From: Takakia lepidozioides
Taxonomy: Eukaryota; Plantae; Bryophyta
Direction: 5' to 3'
Assembly (NCBI GenBank): GCA_030704615.1
Contig: CM060731.1
Coordinates: 7,626,001 to 7,690,000 of the forward strand
DNA length: 64,000 bases
Positions 1-10,901 of this stretch are shown here, piece by piece. The stretch's first letter is position 1; each line of letters opens with the position of its first letter. The notes under the pieces are model-generated. The model had not been told where the DNA came from. It saw only the letters and a program-made list of their open reading frames with translations, and searched no databases. The position numbers and the translations under genes were made by a program.

Positions 1-230
1 TTGAATTTCATCCATACCGGATGAAAAAATGCCAGGTATAATCCCTAATTGGATGAATTATTGTCTTGAGCTTTACCACTAAGGATGTAGCCTGCAATTT
101 TTCATCCATGACGGATTACATCCATCCTGGATGTTACCCTAACGGATGTAAACCTAAGAGGATGCAACTCTAATGAAGTGCAAAATTTCATCCCAGTGGA
201 TGAAATCACGGGATGGTTTGCTAACCGCCT
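1..230. repeat. Cluster of short TTCATCC/GGATGAA inverted motifs, probably subterminal repeats of a DNA transposon extending left of the window
   Basis: More than 10 copies of CATCC/GGATG in both orientations, e.g. tttcatcc-cagt-ggatgaaa at ~186-205. Confidence 0.35.
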
Positions 231-880
231 CTCTGCCCTAAGCACGGCACGATACTCGTGCTTGTTTTCTCTGGAGGATGGCGATGGCGGCTGAGCTGAG
301 TGCTCGAGCATCACGATGCGCGTGCATTTTGTTTTTTCTTGCGCGATGGCGGCAGGCTCTTCCATTTCCCGCACTGGCAAATGACCTACTGTTGTGTTTG
401 CCTGCAATCTTTCTTATTCATGAAGCAGCGGCGCTCATAAGGTGATGGGGGAAGTATCATGCACTTTGTAAATATGCACTTTGTCCTCAAATATCCCAAT
501 TTGTTGCATTCTGCTGTGATCTCTTGAGATTCAGGTGTTGAATGCCGCAGCGTCCCACTCCACAAACGATCAAAGTTCTCTGTGGTGTCGCATCTATGTT
601 TTACTTTTGATCAATTTGCTCACTGTAGAATGCATGTTGGACATGGATAGCAACTGTGAAGACCTGCTCCTCACCTCGTGCATCCTCACTAACACACATC
701 TTGATGTGGTGGTTTTTGGGACGGGCACAGGTGAGGGTCTTCACTCGATGTGTATTTTTTCAGTTTGCAGATGATCAAAGGACTTGGCGATGGTGACGAT
801 TGACGCTACATACTGCTTCAGTGGGGCATCCGATACGATTCGGCCTCTCAACCTTAATCCTTTTTGGGTTTTATGGGTTG

Positions 881-1002
881 TAACCTGATTATAAGTCAGT
901 ATTCTGGTATGATACCAGTCTGAACTTTGGCACCATATTAGTGAGGTTTTCAACCTGATTGTAAATCAGTTTTCTGGCATGATACCAGTCTGAGCTTCGG
1001 CT
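881..1002 (+). repeat. Two-copy 70-bp-period direct repeat
   Basis: aacctgatt.taa.tcagt.ttctgg.atgataccagtctga.ctt.ggc at 882 and 952. Confidence 0.7.
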
Positions 1003-1397
1003 GCATTTTGATATGGTGCTGGAGTACCATCTCCAGACCTTATAAGGCTATCCAATGATGCTTAAGATAGGCCTTCTCATGCTGATTTAAACACGGTAAG
1101 TATCAAGCGGTCCTTTTTGACCATTGAGGTCAGAGTTCTAAATTTAAAATAGCCCCGGTTACACTGTTTTAACTTAGAGATTACCAAGCAGCTGGCGTGA
1201 TGGGCTTTTCAGATTACATAACATCTGTTTTAAGGTTGCCAAGCGATGCCATTGGAACCATCCTTTGAATTTGAAACAGTTTCAGTTTTACTATGTTAAC
1301 TTGGAAAGTACCAAGTTGTACTTGACTTGGAAGAATACCAAGCAGTGGTCTTGTTGGGTTTTTTCAAAATACATAAGGGCTGGTTTAACTTATCGAA

Positions 1398-1740
1398 CTA
1401 GCCTTTTGGAATACCCTTTGAGCTGGTGTTGTCTATAAAGTTATGATTATGCTCATTGTAGCACTCCACTCTGATTGAGTTTTGGAGAGATGATTGGAAA
1501 ACCAGATCCAGACCTTTTGTGCATTCATGGAACATAGAAATAGCATGCTGGCTGGTCTTCATTATCAGGCTGGGCTCTTGGAATTGCAACACCTACAACT
1601 CATTCTTAAAGGCTCAAGTGTTTATGCTGATCTGGTATGTACCTCAAAGTGATGCCAAAAAACGGCATCATGAGCGGTCGCAAGTAATAGTTGTTGCAGT
1701 AAGGCGATTTGATCCTCGATGATGATCATACCTTGGCCAG
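1398..1740 (-). pseudogene. Fragment of an unknown spliced gene (GQGMIIIEDQIALLQQLLLATAHDAVFWHHFE / VLQFQEPSLIMK...), paralogous to 8991-9084
   Basis: About 80% nucleotide match to 8991-9084 with the peptide conserved; a GT..AG intron of ~1593-1642 joins it in frame to ORF 1398..1592. Confidence 0.4.
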
Positions 1741-1756
1741 GGGACAACGACGCAAT

Positions 1757-1897
1757 GGCGTGAGCACGTGAGCGCGTGCTCATGCAGGAGTGACGTGGCG
1801 TGAGCGTGCACCCACGCTGACGTGGCGTGAGCGTGATGTCATCAGGTTGACATGGCGGCAAATGCTGACGTGGCACTGTATCCCCATCTGCCACGTC
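1757..1897. promoter_or_regulatory. TGACGTGGC (G-box/ABRE-like) and GTGAGC motif cluster; possible terminus of the relic MULE-like element
   Basis: Three TGACGTGGC copies plus an inverted GCCACGTCA in 140 bp; begins where homology to 8991-9084 stops. Confidence 0.3.
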
Positions 1898-2312
1898 AAC
1901 ATGAACATGCGGCGCCTATAACCGAGGATGGTCCTATGACCATGGGATTAATGCAAAGAATCATTACCTGAATAAAAGATGATTGTAGTGCATAACGACA
2001 GGAAAACATGTAGACTTCAAAAGGAGCAATGATGCATGTGCTTTTAAAAGTTGCCACTGAGACCTCACTGAGTATAGTTCGAAGCATAATGGAGGGATAA
2101 GGGATGCCATATCATTGCACCAGCTACGATATTGCAAATGAATTGAATTGAATTGAATTTCCATGACAATGTTGCAAATTGCACAGTTCATAGCATGGTC
2201 GTCCACACACCAGATTGCATACTCATAGTCCATAAAAAACACATTTCAGATTGCAGATTCCAGATTGCACATTCACCACATTCCAGATACACGAAGTGAT
2301 AGTTGATGCTAC

Positions 2313-3340
2313 CTATGTGTTGAATCCCGCTGCAACGGATTATCGACCTCGTTGAAACTCAGCGTGGCCTGGTGAACGAAATTGTCACGCTTGGGATCGC
2401 AAACCATCCTCTTCAAAAATATGTAATACAAATGTTTGCAGGGTATGAATTTTCCTCTCTTGCCCAAACTGGTTAAGGCATATTCACAAAATCAGGACAT
2501 GTGCAATTGGGGAAATTGGAAACCGTGACGTCATAGGCCCTGTCATGAACAGCAAATGTCGAAGTGATCATTGTGTACACCCAACCATACCCTGGATCGG
2601 GTACTTCCGTGGTGCTTGCAACACGAGCTTGGAGCATTCTTGCGGACTCCACTTTGCCGAAATGTTCAGCGGTTGGAGGGAAACGCCAAACCAGCTTTCC
2701 ATCTCGTTTGGTTGGCCACAAGTCAGGATTTGTCGGAGGGACCCGAGAGGACGCAGAAGTAGAAGCACATGCATGCAGTTGGGGTTGTCTCGCAAGGGAA
2801 AAGCCTACCTCCTCCACCATTGCAATCTCTTGACTTGTGAGATGTGTTCCCATCTTAACGGGCCAAATGGTTGGCGGAGCTGGCTTCATCACCACGGAAG
2901 GTCGCACAGTTCCATGCACACATCTACCACAATCGTCTGTGCAGAACCAAAACTTGTGGTTCTTGGCTTCTGGTTGGCCGTATGGACACATCAAACCCGT
3001 GAAAGTAGGAGCAGGAGTCCGGGCACCGCCCCTGGATATAGATGAAGTACATTTCTCGAAATTAGTTGCCCTGATTGCTGTACATTTTACACGAGACCCT
3101 GCATTTGTGTGTTTTATGTGCCAAACGTGGTCAGGGCACTCCAGCACATGAAGGGGGTAGTTTCTCTCCTACACCATTTCAGTGGTACTGTTTGATGCTA
3201 GAGCCTGCCGTCGTGTCGGAGGTTCCTCCACAATGGAGATTCCGGAAATGGATCTGTCATGCAGGGGAACACGAGGCTTCGAGAAGTTATCACGGTCTGC
3301 CCTGTGCGAATCGGATTCCGAACCAGGTTGGGTGTTCAAT
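2313..3340 (-). pseudogene. C-terminal half of a MULE-like transposase with SWIM zinc finger; relic paralogue of 10902-14504
   Basis: PAPTFTG, FWFC, WPV and YDVTVSNFPNCTCPDF...PCKHLYYIFLKR align with ORF 10902..12317; contains a stop or frameshift and is 5'-truncated at the tandem array. Confidence 0.8.
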
Positions 3341-3342
3341 TT

Positions 3343-4917
3343 CATTGCTCTGGGACCTGTTGGACTGTGTTTCGTGTGCTCGCGACTTTTTTTTCATTCC
3401 GTTTTTGAATGGGGCGTGTAATGTAGCCATATGCAACGTGCGTGCCAAATTTGGGAGCGATCAAAATTCATTTGGACCCAAAACCATAGTTTCTTCCCTG
3501 TTTTGCACTCCAAACTTGATTCGTGTTCTACTTCATGCATTCTTTATAGTGAGTTCTGCAATAGTGAGCGAAGAGAACACTTTTTTTTGGGGGCATTTTT
3601 TATTGGTCCAAATTTTGGTGGGGGAGTAGCCGTGGGATGCTGGAAGCCGCAGAACAAAATTGAGCCAAAATCAAAATCGATACGTGCCAGAAACCCCCAC
3701 TGAAAGGCAGCGCAAACCTATTTATTGGCTTAAAATAAATTTAAATTCAATTAAATTGTGGAATGGCTTGCGTCGATGGGGAGGCAAATGATTTATTCGT
3801 CTGTTGTGTCTTCGCACATGTGTCGCACACATGCGGGCAAAAGAGGGGCTTCAACCACATCCGTTCAATGGGTGCAATAGCCGTGCACGCATTGCAAGAT
3901 TTCTTTTTCGCATTGAAAAAAAACCAGATGACAAGGGAACGCCTCATTGGACAATCGAACGATTTTTCGATTGATCTCGTATTACACTGGGACGTATCAG
4001 AGGGTACATTGAAAACACTGGCCAAGTTTCAAAGCGAACGAAAATCATTTGGATGGGCAACCATCCGTTGGCCCATTGAACGAATTTCGATTGATCTCAT
4101 ATTACTCTGGGGCCTCTTACATGGCACACTGAACACAGTGGCCAAGTCTCGAAGCCAACCAAAATCATTTCGATGGCCAACCATCCGTCGAGCCATCGAA
4201 TGAATTTCGATTGATCTGATATTAGTCCGGGACCTGTGAGAGGGTGTCCGGATCGTGCTGGCAAAGTTTGGAAGCTAACAAAAATGATTTGGATGGGCAA
4301 CCATCCGTTCACCCGTTGAATGTATTCTGTTGGAGCTGCTATTGCTTTGGGACTTGTTGGACTGTGTTTCGCGTGCTCACGACTTTTTTTTCATTCCGTT
4401 TTTGAATGGGGCGTGTAATGTAGCCATATGCAACGTGCGTGCCAAATTTGGGAGCGATCAAATTCATTTGGACCCAAAACCACAGTTTTTTCCCTGTTTT
4501 GCACTCCAAACTTGATTTGTGTTTTACTTTATGCACTCTTCATAGAGAGTTTCGCAATAGTGAGCGAAGAGAACACTTTTTTTTGGGGGCATTTTTTATT
4601 TGGCGGGGGAGTAGCCGTGGGATGCTGGAAGCCGCAGAACAAAATTGAGCCAAAAACAAGATCGATACGTGCCAGAAACCCCCACTGAAAGGCAGCGCAA
4701 ACCTATTTATTGGCTTAAAATAAATTTAAATTCAATTAAATTGTGGAATGGCTTGCATCGATGGGGAGGCAAATGATTTATTCCTCTGTTGTGTCTCCGC
4801 ACATGTTCAAGCACATGAGGGGCTTCAACCACATCCGTTCAATGGGTGCAATAGCCGTGCACGCATTGCAAGATTTCTTTTTCGCATTGAACAAAAACCA
4901 GATGACAAGGGAACGCC
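3343..4917 (+). repeat. ~1-kb tandem duplication (3343-3943 repeated at 4341-4917) with three ~121-bp subrepeats between the copies
   Basis: Near-identical ~590-bp blocks 998 bp apart; the subrepeat tttcgattgatct...aaaatcattt.gatgg.caaccatccgt recurs at ~3965, ~4085 and ~4205. Confidence 0.9.
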
Positions 4918-7900
4918 CGGGCATATGGCCAAGAAGTGCACAAAACCTCGACAATTGAACATGACTCGGGCAACCACGGAGCTGTTGGAAGATACCATCA
5001 ATCGCTTGGTGGAAGCGGTGGTCGCTAGGACTTGCAAGGTAGGCAACTATTCTTGTGAGTTGTATCAGGAAATTGGCGCCCTACATAAAGGGAGTCAGTT
5101 ATTGTTTGTGGATGGGATAATATCCGGAACTAATGTGTCGTTGTTGGTGGACACAGGAGCGTCGCACTCCTTCATGACACCGGCGGCGGCGCAAAAGTTG
5201 GGACTCCCGACAAGTGACGTGGGGGCCTCTATTGAGGTGCGTTCTGCCAAAGGAGAACCACAACTAGCGACAAGGTTGGCATTTGATGTTCCTCTTCAAC
5301 TGGGGAGTTGGGAGGGACGTGAGAACTTCACCATCTACGAGATCGATGGAATGGATCTCATTTTGGGGATGACATTTTTGAGAAAATCCGGAGCGGTCAT
5401 AGATGGCCGCAAGAGAGTAGTCACACTGCCATGTGGGAATGGTGGCGGGGTCTTATGAGTGTCAGAAACGCCCGTGGGAGGGCGAATAAGTCTTCTGTCA
5501 GCAAGGGAGTGGGCCGTGGAGGAGGCACATGAGCCCCAATTTTTGCTCTACATTAGAGAAGTGAAGGGGGAAGGCGATGGGGAGCCGGAGCCCAGATGGA
5601 TCAAGGGGATTTTGGAGAAATACCAGGATGTGATGCCGGAGGATTTACCAAGCGGTTTGCCACCGCAAAGAGGAGTTGACCACAAGATTGAGGTGATACC
5701 AGGATCGGAACGCCTGCCAAGGTGCCCTACCGGTTGAGCCACATAGAGTTGGTCGAGCTGAAGACTCAGCTCAAAGATCTAATGTCAAAGGGGTACATCC
5801 GGCCGAGTAAGTCACCTTACGGAGCCCCGGTGCTATTTGCAGATAAAAAGGATGGGACGCTGCGGATGTGTGTCGATTACAGGGCTCTGAATAAGGTGAC
5901 TATCAAAAACACGGTACCCTTTGCCAAGGATCGACGACCTCTTCGATCGGTTGGCAGGATCGAAGTATTTCAGCCGGATCGACTTACGTTCCGGCTATCA
6001 TCAAATTCGGGTGGTGGAAGGAGATGAGGAGAAGACCGCGTGCAGGACAAGGTATGGTTCATATGAGTTCTTGGTGATTGCCTTTGGGGCTCACCAATGC
6101 ACCAGCGACATTTAGCACGCTGATGAACAGCCTTTTCCAGGAGTGGTTGGATGACTTTGTGATCGTGTACATCAACGACATCTTGGTGTACTCGAAAACA
6201 AAGGAGGAGCACCTGGAGCACCTCAAAAGGGTGTTCCAAAAATTGCGGGAAGGGAAGCTATACGCCAAAGCTTCAAAGTGCGAATTCAGGGTCACGAAAG
6301 TGGAGTTCTTGGGGCATGTGATTACACAGGATGGGATCAAAATGGATGACAGAAAGGTGAGGGCGATCTTGGACTGGGAGCCTCCGACTTCGTCCCGGGG
6401 AATGCGATCCTTCCTAGGACTCGCCCCTATTACCGGAAAGTTGTGAGAAATTTCGCCAAGATCGCGGGGCCGCTGTCGGACCTTCTGTTAAATCCAAAGT
6501 TTGGGTATGGAACACCTTTTGTGGCCAAGCTTTTGCTGAATTGAAGCAGCGGATGGCGGAAGCTCCAGTCTTGAAAATCTCGGAGTTCGATCGTCCGTTC
6601 GAGATTCATACGGATGCGTCGGACTTCGCGATTGGGGGTATACTTATGCAAGATGGACGTCCAGAGGCTTACGAAAGTAAGAAACTAAATGAAGTGGAGC
6701 GACGGTGGCCGACGCACGAAAAAGAGATGAAGGCGGTGGTGTGCATTGCCTTGAGCTTTGGCGCCACTATGTTGGTTCCAACCAGTGAAGGTGTTCACGG
6801 ACAATGTTACGGTGAAGTATTTTTGCCACGCAGCCCAAGTTGTCCCCAAAACAAACTTAGTGGCAAGATACTTTGGCAAGTGTTTGACGTGGATATCCAA
6901 TACAAACCGGGACGTGACAATGTGGTGGCCGATGCTTTAAGTAGAAAGCAGCAGCTCATGTTGGTGTACAGAGGCGAGACGGCGCTCCAAAGGAAGATCC
7001 GGAAGGCTTGCCGGAAGGATGAGCTGGCGAAGTCCGTGTGCTGCAGGACTTGAGGAGGGGGGTTAAATCGCAATTCCACTTGCAAAAGGACTGCTCCGGT
7101 ATAAGCAAAAGCGTCTCTACGTGCCGAAGGGAGGGATCAGAGATAGTCTCTTGAGAGAATGCCATGATAGCCCGCTTGCGGGCCACGGCGGAGCCAAGCG
7201 CACTGCGGCACTCTTGAAGAAAGAGTATTTCTGGCCCAAACTGAGGGAGGAGGCAGAGGAGTATGTCAAGACATGCACCACATGCCAACAAAACCGGAGC
7301 GAGTACAAAAAGCAAGCAGGGCTGTTACAACCCTTGCCAATTCCAGAGGGGACTTGGGAAAGCGTCTCGATGGATTTCATGAATGCTATGCCGCTGTCAA
7401 AAGGATTCGATGCAATCATGGTGGTGGTGGATAGGTTCAATTAAATGGGTCATTTCATCCCCACCAAGGAGACGGCAACGGCACAGGAGACAGGGCGACT
7501 TTACTTCACCCATGTCTTAAAGCATCATGGAGTCCCGAAGGATATTGTCTCGGACCGCGATCCAAAGTTTACGAGTAAATTTTGGAGGACACTTTGGAAG
7601 AAGATGGGGACGAGGCTAAAGATGAGCACCGCCTTCCGACCTACGACCGACGGCCAAACGGAAAGAGTGAATTCCGTAGTGAAGCAGATCTGCGGAATTA
7701 CGTGTCGGCAGACCAATCAGACTGGGTGGAACACTTAGACGCGGGGTAGAGTTCTGTTATAATAACACAGAATACTCCACAACGGGAGTTTCCCCTTTCG
7801 TATTGGTCTGTGGAAAAGCACCTCTGGTGCGACAAGTTGGGCCGCCCAGGACGTTGAGAAACCGGCAGTAACGCGGTACTGGAAGAACGCGAGCGTTTGT

Positions 7901-8430
7901 TGAAGCTCGCAAAGTACAACATTGCCAAAGCTAGGAAACGGTATGAAAGGCAGGCGAATCGGAAGCGGAGGGAAGTGAAGTTTGAGGCAGGCACAGAGGT
8001 CTGGTTGAACATCAAGAATTTCCGACTACCTCCGGAAGTGAGTCCGAAGTTCGTACCTCCGTATGCGGGACCCTTTCGCATCGGGAAGGTTATGAATGAG
8101 GATGTGTATGAATTGGAGCTGCCGGCAAACAGCAAGGTGCATCCAGTATTCCATGTCTCCCTTTTGAAGCCTTACTTCAAAGATGAAGCGTGAATCGGCA
8201 TCAAGTGTTGCGTCCGCCACCTATGCTGTTGGATCATGAAAATGAACCTGAGTACGAGGTGGAGGCATACTTAAGTCGAGGAGGTTCAAGAACCGAGAAA
8301 CGGAGTATCTCGTCAAATGGAAGGGCTATCATCATGTGGAGGCATCTTGGGTGCGTGCCTCAGAAATGGGAAACGCATCCGAGGCGGTTGCAGTTTTCGA
8401 AGGGCGACCTCAAAAGCGGAAGAAGCGTTG
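4918..8430 (+). pseudogene. pol: gag end/pol polyprotein (frameshifted): zinc-knuckle tail, aspartic protease, RT, RNase H, integrase, chromodomain
   Basis: GHMAKKC; LVDTGASHSF; [25 protein letters not shown]; YINDILVY; HTDASDFAIGG; HDSPLAGH..CTTCQ; SMDF, VSDRD, DGQTERVN; GPF motif; EYEVEA...YLVKWKGY. Confidence 0.92.
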
Positions 8431-8449
8431 ATGGGGACATCAACCTTGG

Positions 8450-8464
8450 AGCGTGGGGAGGAAA
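8450..8464 (+). other. Polypurine tract of the chromovirus
   Basis: GGGGAGGAAA immediately before TG, just after the chromodomain. Confidence 0.6.
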
Positions 8465-8990
8465 TGCATGCTTAGCCCGGCTTAGCTAGAGGAATCCGAT
8501 TGCAAAAACTTGTATTGTACAAAAATTTGTTATAAAGGAAATGGGTTCCAAATGTGTGCGTCCTATTTTGTTTGGAATGGTGATGCATGGTTGGGTTGGC
8601 TAGTGTGTAGAATGCATGCTAGCTTACAAAAGTGGGAGAGGTAAATTGGGTTAATCGTGTGTTTGCGCAGTGCCGAAATCGGGTGACTCCCATCCAAGGG
8701 GCAAGGAAACTTGCGCCTTCTTTGGGAGTTCACGTGCTAGTGCGCACCTGGCGTGCGCGTACTATAACTGCGCTACCGAGGGGTTGCCTTGTAGTGCGGG
8801 CTAACGCGGAAGCTACGTGCTTCCGTTCACGTACTATAATCGTGTAGCCTCGGGACGAAGTCGTAGTGCGGCTTCGGCGTGTTCCCGTACCTCAGGCCAG
8901 CATTCCAAGGCGGACCCAATTGTAGTGATTGGGGCGCACGGTTGGTTCAAGGTTATCTTCCTAGTCAAAGGGGGTTCAGGTGAACCCTTG

Positions 8991-9750
8991 CTCAAGGTGA
9001 TGCCAAAAGCGGCATCATGAGCGATCGCAAGCAATGTTGTTGCAGTAAGGCGATTCGATCCTCGGGGAGGATCGTTCCTTGGCCTTGAAGTAGGCCAAGA
9101 AGAGTGCACTGGGAGGAGCTGGAGAGGCTCCACCCTTGGCCGGGACTTGGAGGAAGTCGGCCGAACTAGCTAGTGGAGAGTAGAGGAGTCAAGTGTGGGG
9201 TTTGGTTCTTTGCCATGGGACGCCATGGTACGGAAACAAACTCCTTGATGTGGGACGCCACAACTTGGATGTTCGTTTCTACAAAATGGACAAGTCGATG
9301 AGGACATCGACTCCCTGTTGGTAGGGGTGTGTGTCGCGGCCCTTTGCCTTGAGGGCAGGGGGTCGGGACACATGAGGGGCTGCCCCTGTGGTGGGGGCAG
9401 GCAGCGATAGGTACGGGGGGCTGAAGCACCCTTGAGTGCCCAAGGCACTCAAGGAGGTGGAGGCTCACTAGGTGGAGCCCCGCACACCGGGTTGCGGTGG
9501 GGGTGGCTCCAAAGGGGTGGTGGTAGCTTAGTGGGACTTAGTGGGGGTGGCATAGGACTCTTGGGGCGGAGACCTCGTGGTGGAGTCGTGGGGAGTTTTG
9601 GGACTCATCACGGTCCATAGGGGCCGTGGTGGTGGGCCAAGACTCACCGCGACTCATCACCGGGAGTCGAGGGTTTTCGTGGTGGTTCGCCATAAAATGG
9701 CATGGTTGTTGTGAAACCCCCGCGGACAGCTACAGAAGTATATATAGGGA
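8991..9750 (-). pseudogene. Degenerate Pro/Ser-rich ORF ending in the GQGTILPEDRIALLQ..LLAIAHDAAF segment shared with 1642-1738
   Basis: Homology to 1642-1738; CCCTATATATAC on the minus strand at ~9738-9749 upstream. Confidence 0.3.
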
Positions 9751-10059
9751 GTAGTAACCCGAGAAGTGCAAGCCCGTTGGTGACCAAAACTAGTGAGTAA
9801 GCGAGCGAGCCGGAAAGCGACCAAAGAGTGGGAGTGTTCCGGACTGCTACCAAAGGGAACCAAAGGTGGAGGAGAAGGGGACCGTTATGCCGGTGAGCAG
9901 CCGAAGCTCCAAGTTGGCCCGGCGGCCAGGTTGGGAGTTAGGCGCGCGCATCAAAGCACTATGACTTGAAGGGGAGCTTACCTGCAGACATGCCACATTT
10001 TCAACAAAGCGCAGAGCACCCCAAATGTCCGGCGCGGCCCCAGCCCGTCTAAAGGTTTA

Positions 10060-10155
10060 CTATTTCATGAGCAGAAACCATGAGCCATGAGCCATGAGCC
10101 GCATGAGCCGCATGAGCGGTGAGCCGAAGTCTAAGATACGCGGATTTCATGAGCG
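10060..10155 (+). repeat. Left terminal inverted repeat built from CATGAGC units
   Basis: ctatttcatgagcagaaaccatgagccatgagccatgagccgcatgagccgcatgagcgg. Confidence 0.8.
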
Positions 10156-10901
10156 GACTCCTCCAAATTTGGAAATGCGGCAGATTAAACAAGTATTAAA
10201 ATAATAGTTTTTTTATTTGACCTTGCCGTTTTTGGACGTTCCAGATCATGTAATGCGGCGAAGATATGTCGTCAGTAACAAGTCCGCTCATGGTTTTTAG
10301 ATCCGCTCATGGAAATAAGTGACCGTGCAACGGGAAATCCAGTATACCACTGCAAAAGGACGTCGCATACTGGCCTGTATAGAGTATTCCGCGGTTTTAC
10401 ATGCCTTAACATTGGAATGAAGCTGACCCTTTTGCCGCGATTGAACCAATGGAGTCTGCACCAATACAGTCTGCAGTACTTCACAATTCTGTCTTCTTCG
10501 GGTATTCGGCGGGAAAGGTTTGCAACTGAACTGGGAAATAAGGTGCCGCATTAGGGTTCGCACGTGCGAAATTTCGGAGCGGTTTGGTGTTGGCGAAGGC
10601 CGCCTCTACCAGTACCTACGACGATACTTGGAAATGCGGCGCCGCATTTCCTTGTCGGAGGTCGAATGAGGAAAGCAAGTTTTCGGAAAGCAGAAAAACA
10701 TGAACCCTCCAACATACAAAAATACATGCACGTGGAAACAAGTGAACGATATAGTAATATCTTAGTTCGAGCAAAACAGGTTACTGGTAGGCAAGACATA
10801 TGTCGGACCTTTCTGTGGCCAGAGTCTGAGGTACTGGCAGCAGTACAGTTCTACTATCCGAAAAGGATGGGCGTACCATTGTATGGGACCGCAAGCCAAG
10901 C

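Larger units (their letters stand above)
4918..8994 (+). mobile_element. Ty3/gypsy chromovirus LTR retrotransposon, 5'-truncated (5' LTR and most of gag missing); putative 3' LTR from 8465 to about 8994
   Basis: PR-RT-RH-INT-chromodomain order; purine tract followed by TG at 8465; the right end of the LTR is uncertain. Confidence 0.9.

Noticed and set aside
4748-4917. N-terminus of ORF 4748..5458 as part of gag
   Set aside because: This part is tandem-repeat sequence fused to the truncated gag; the ORF is chimeric.
8991-9084. Self-cleaving ribozyme in the duplicated hairpin-rich segment
   Set aside because: No hammerhead CUGANGA/GAAA core or other ribozyme consensus seen; conservation fits a peptide better.
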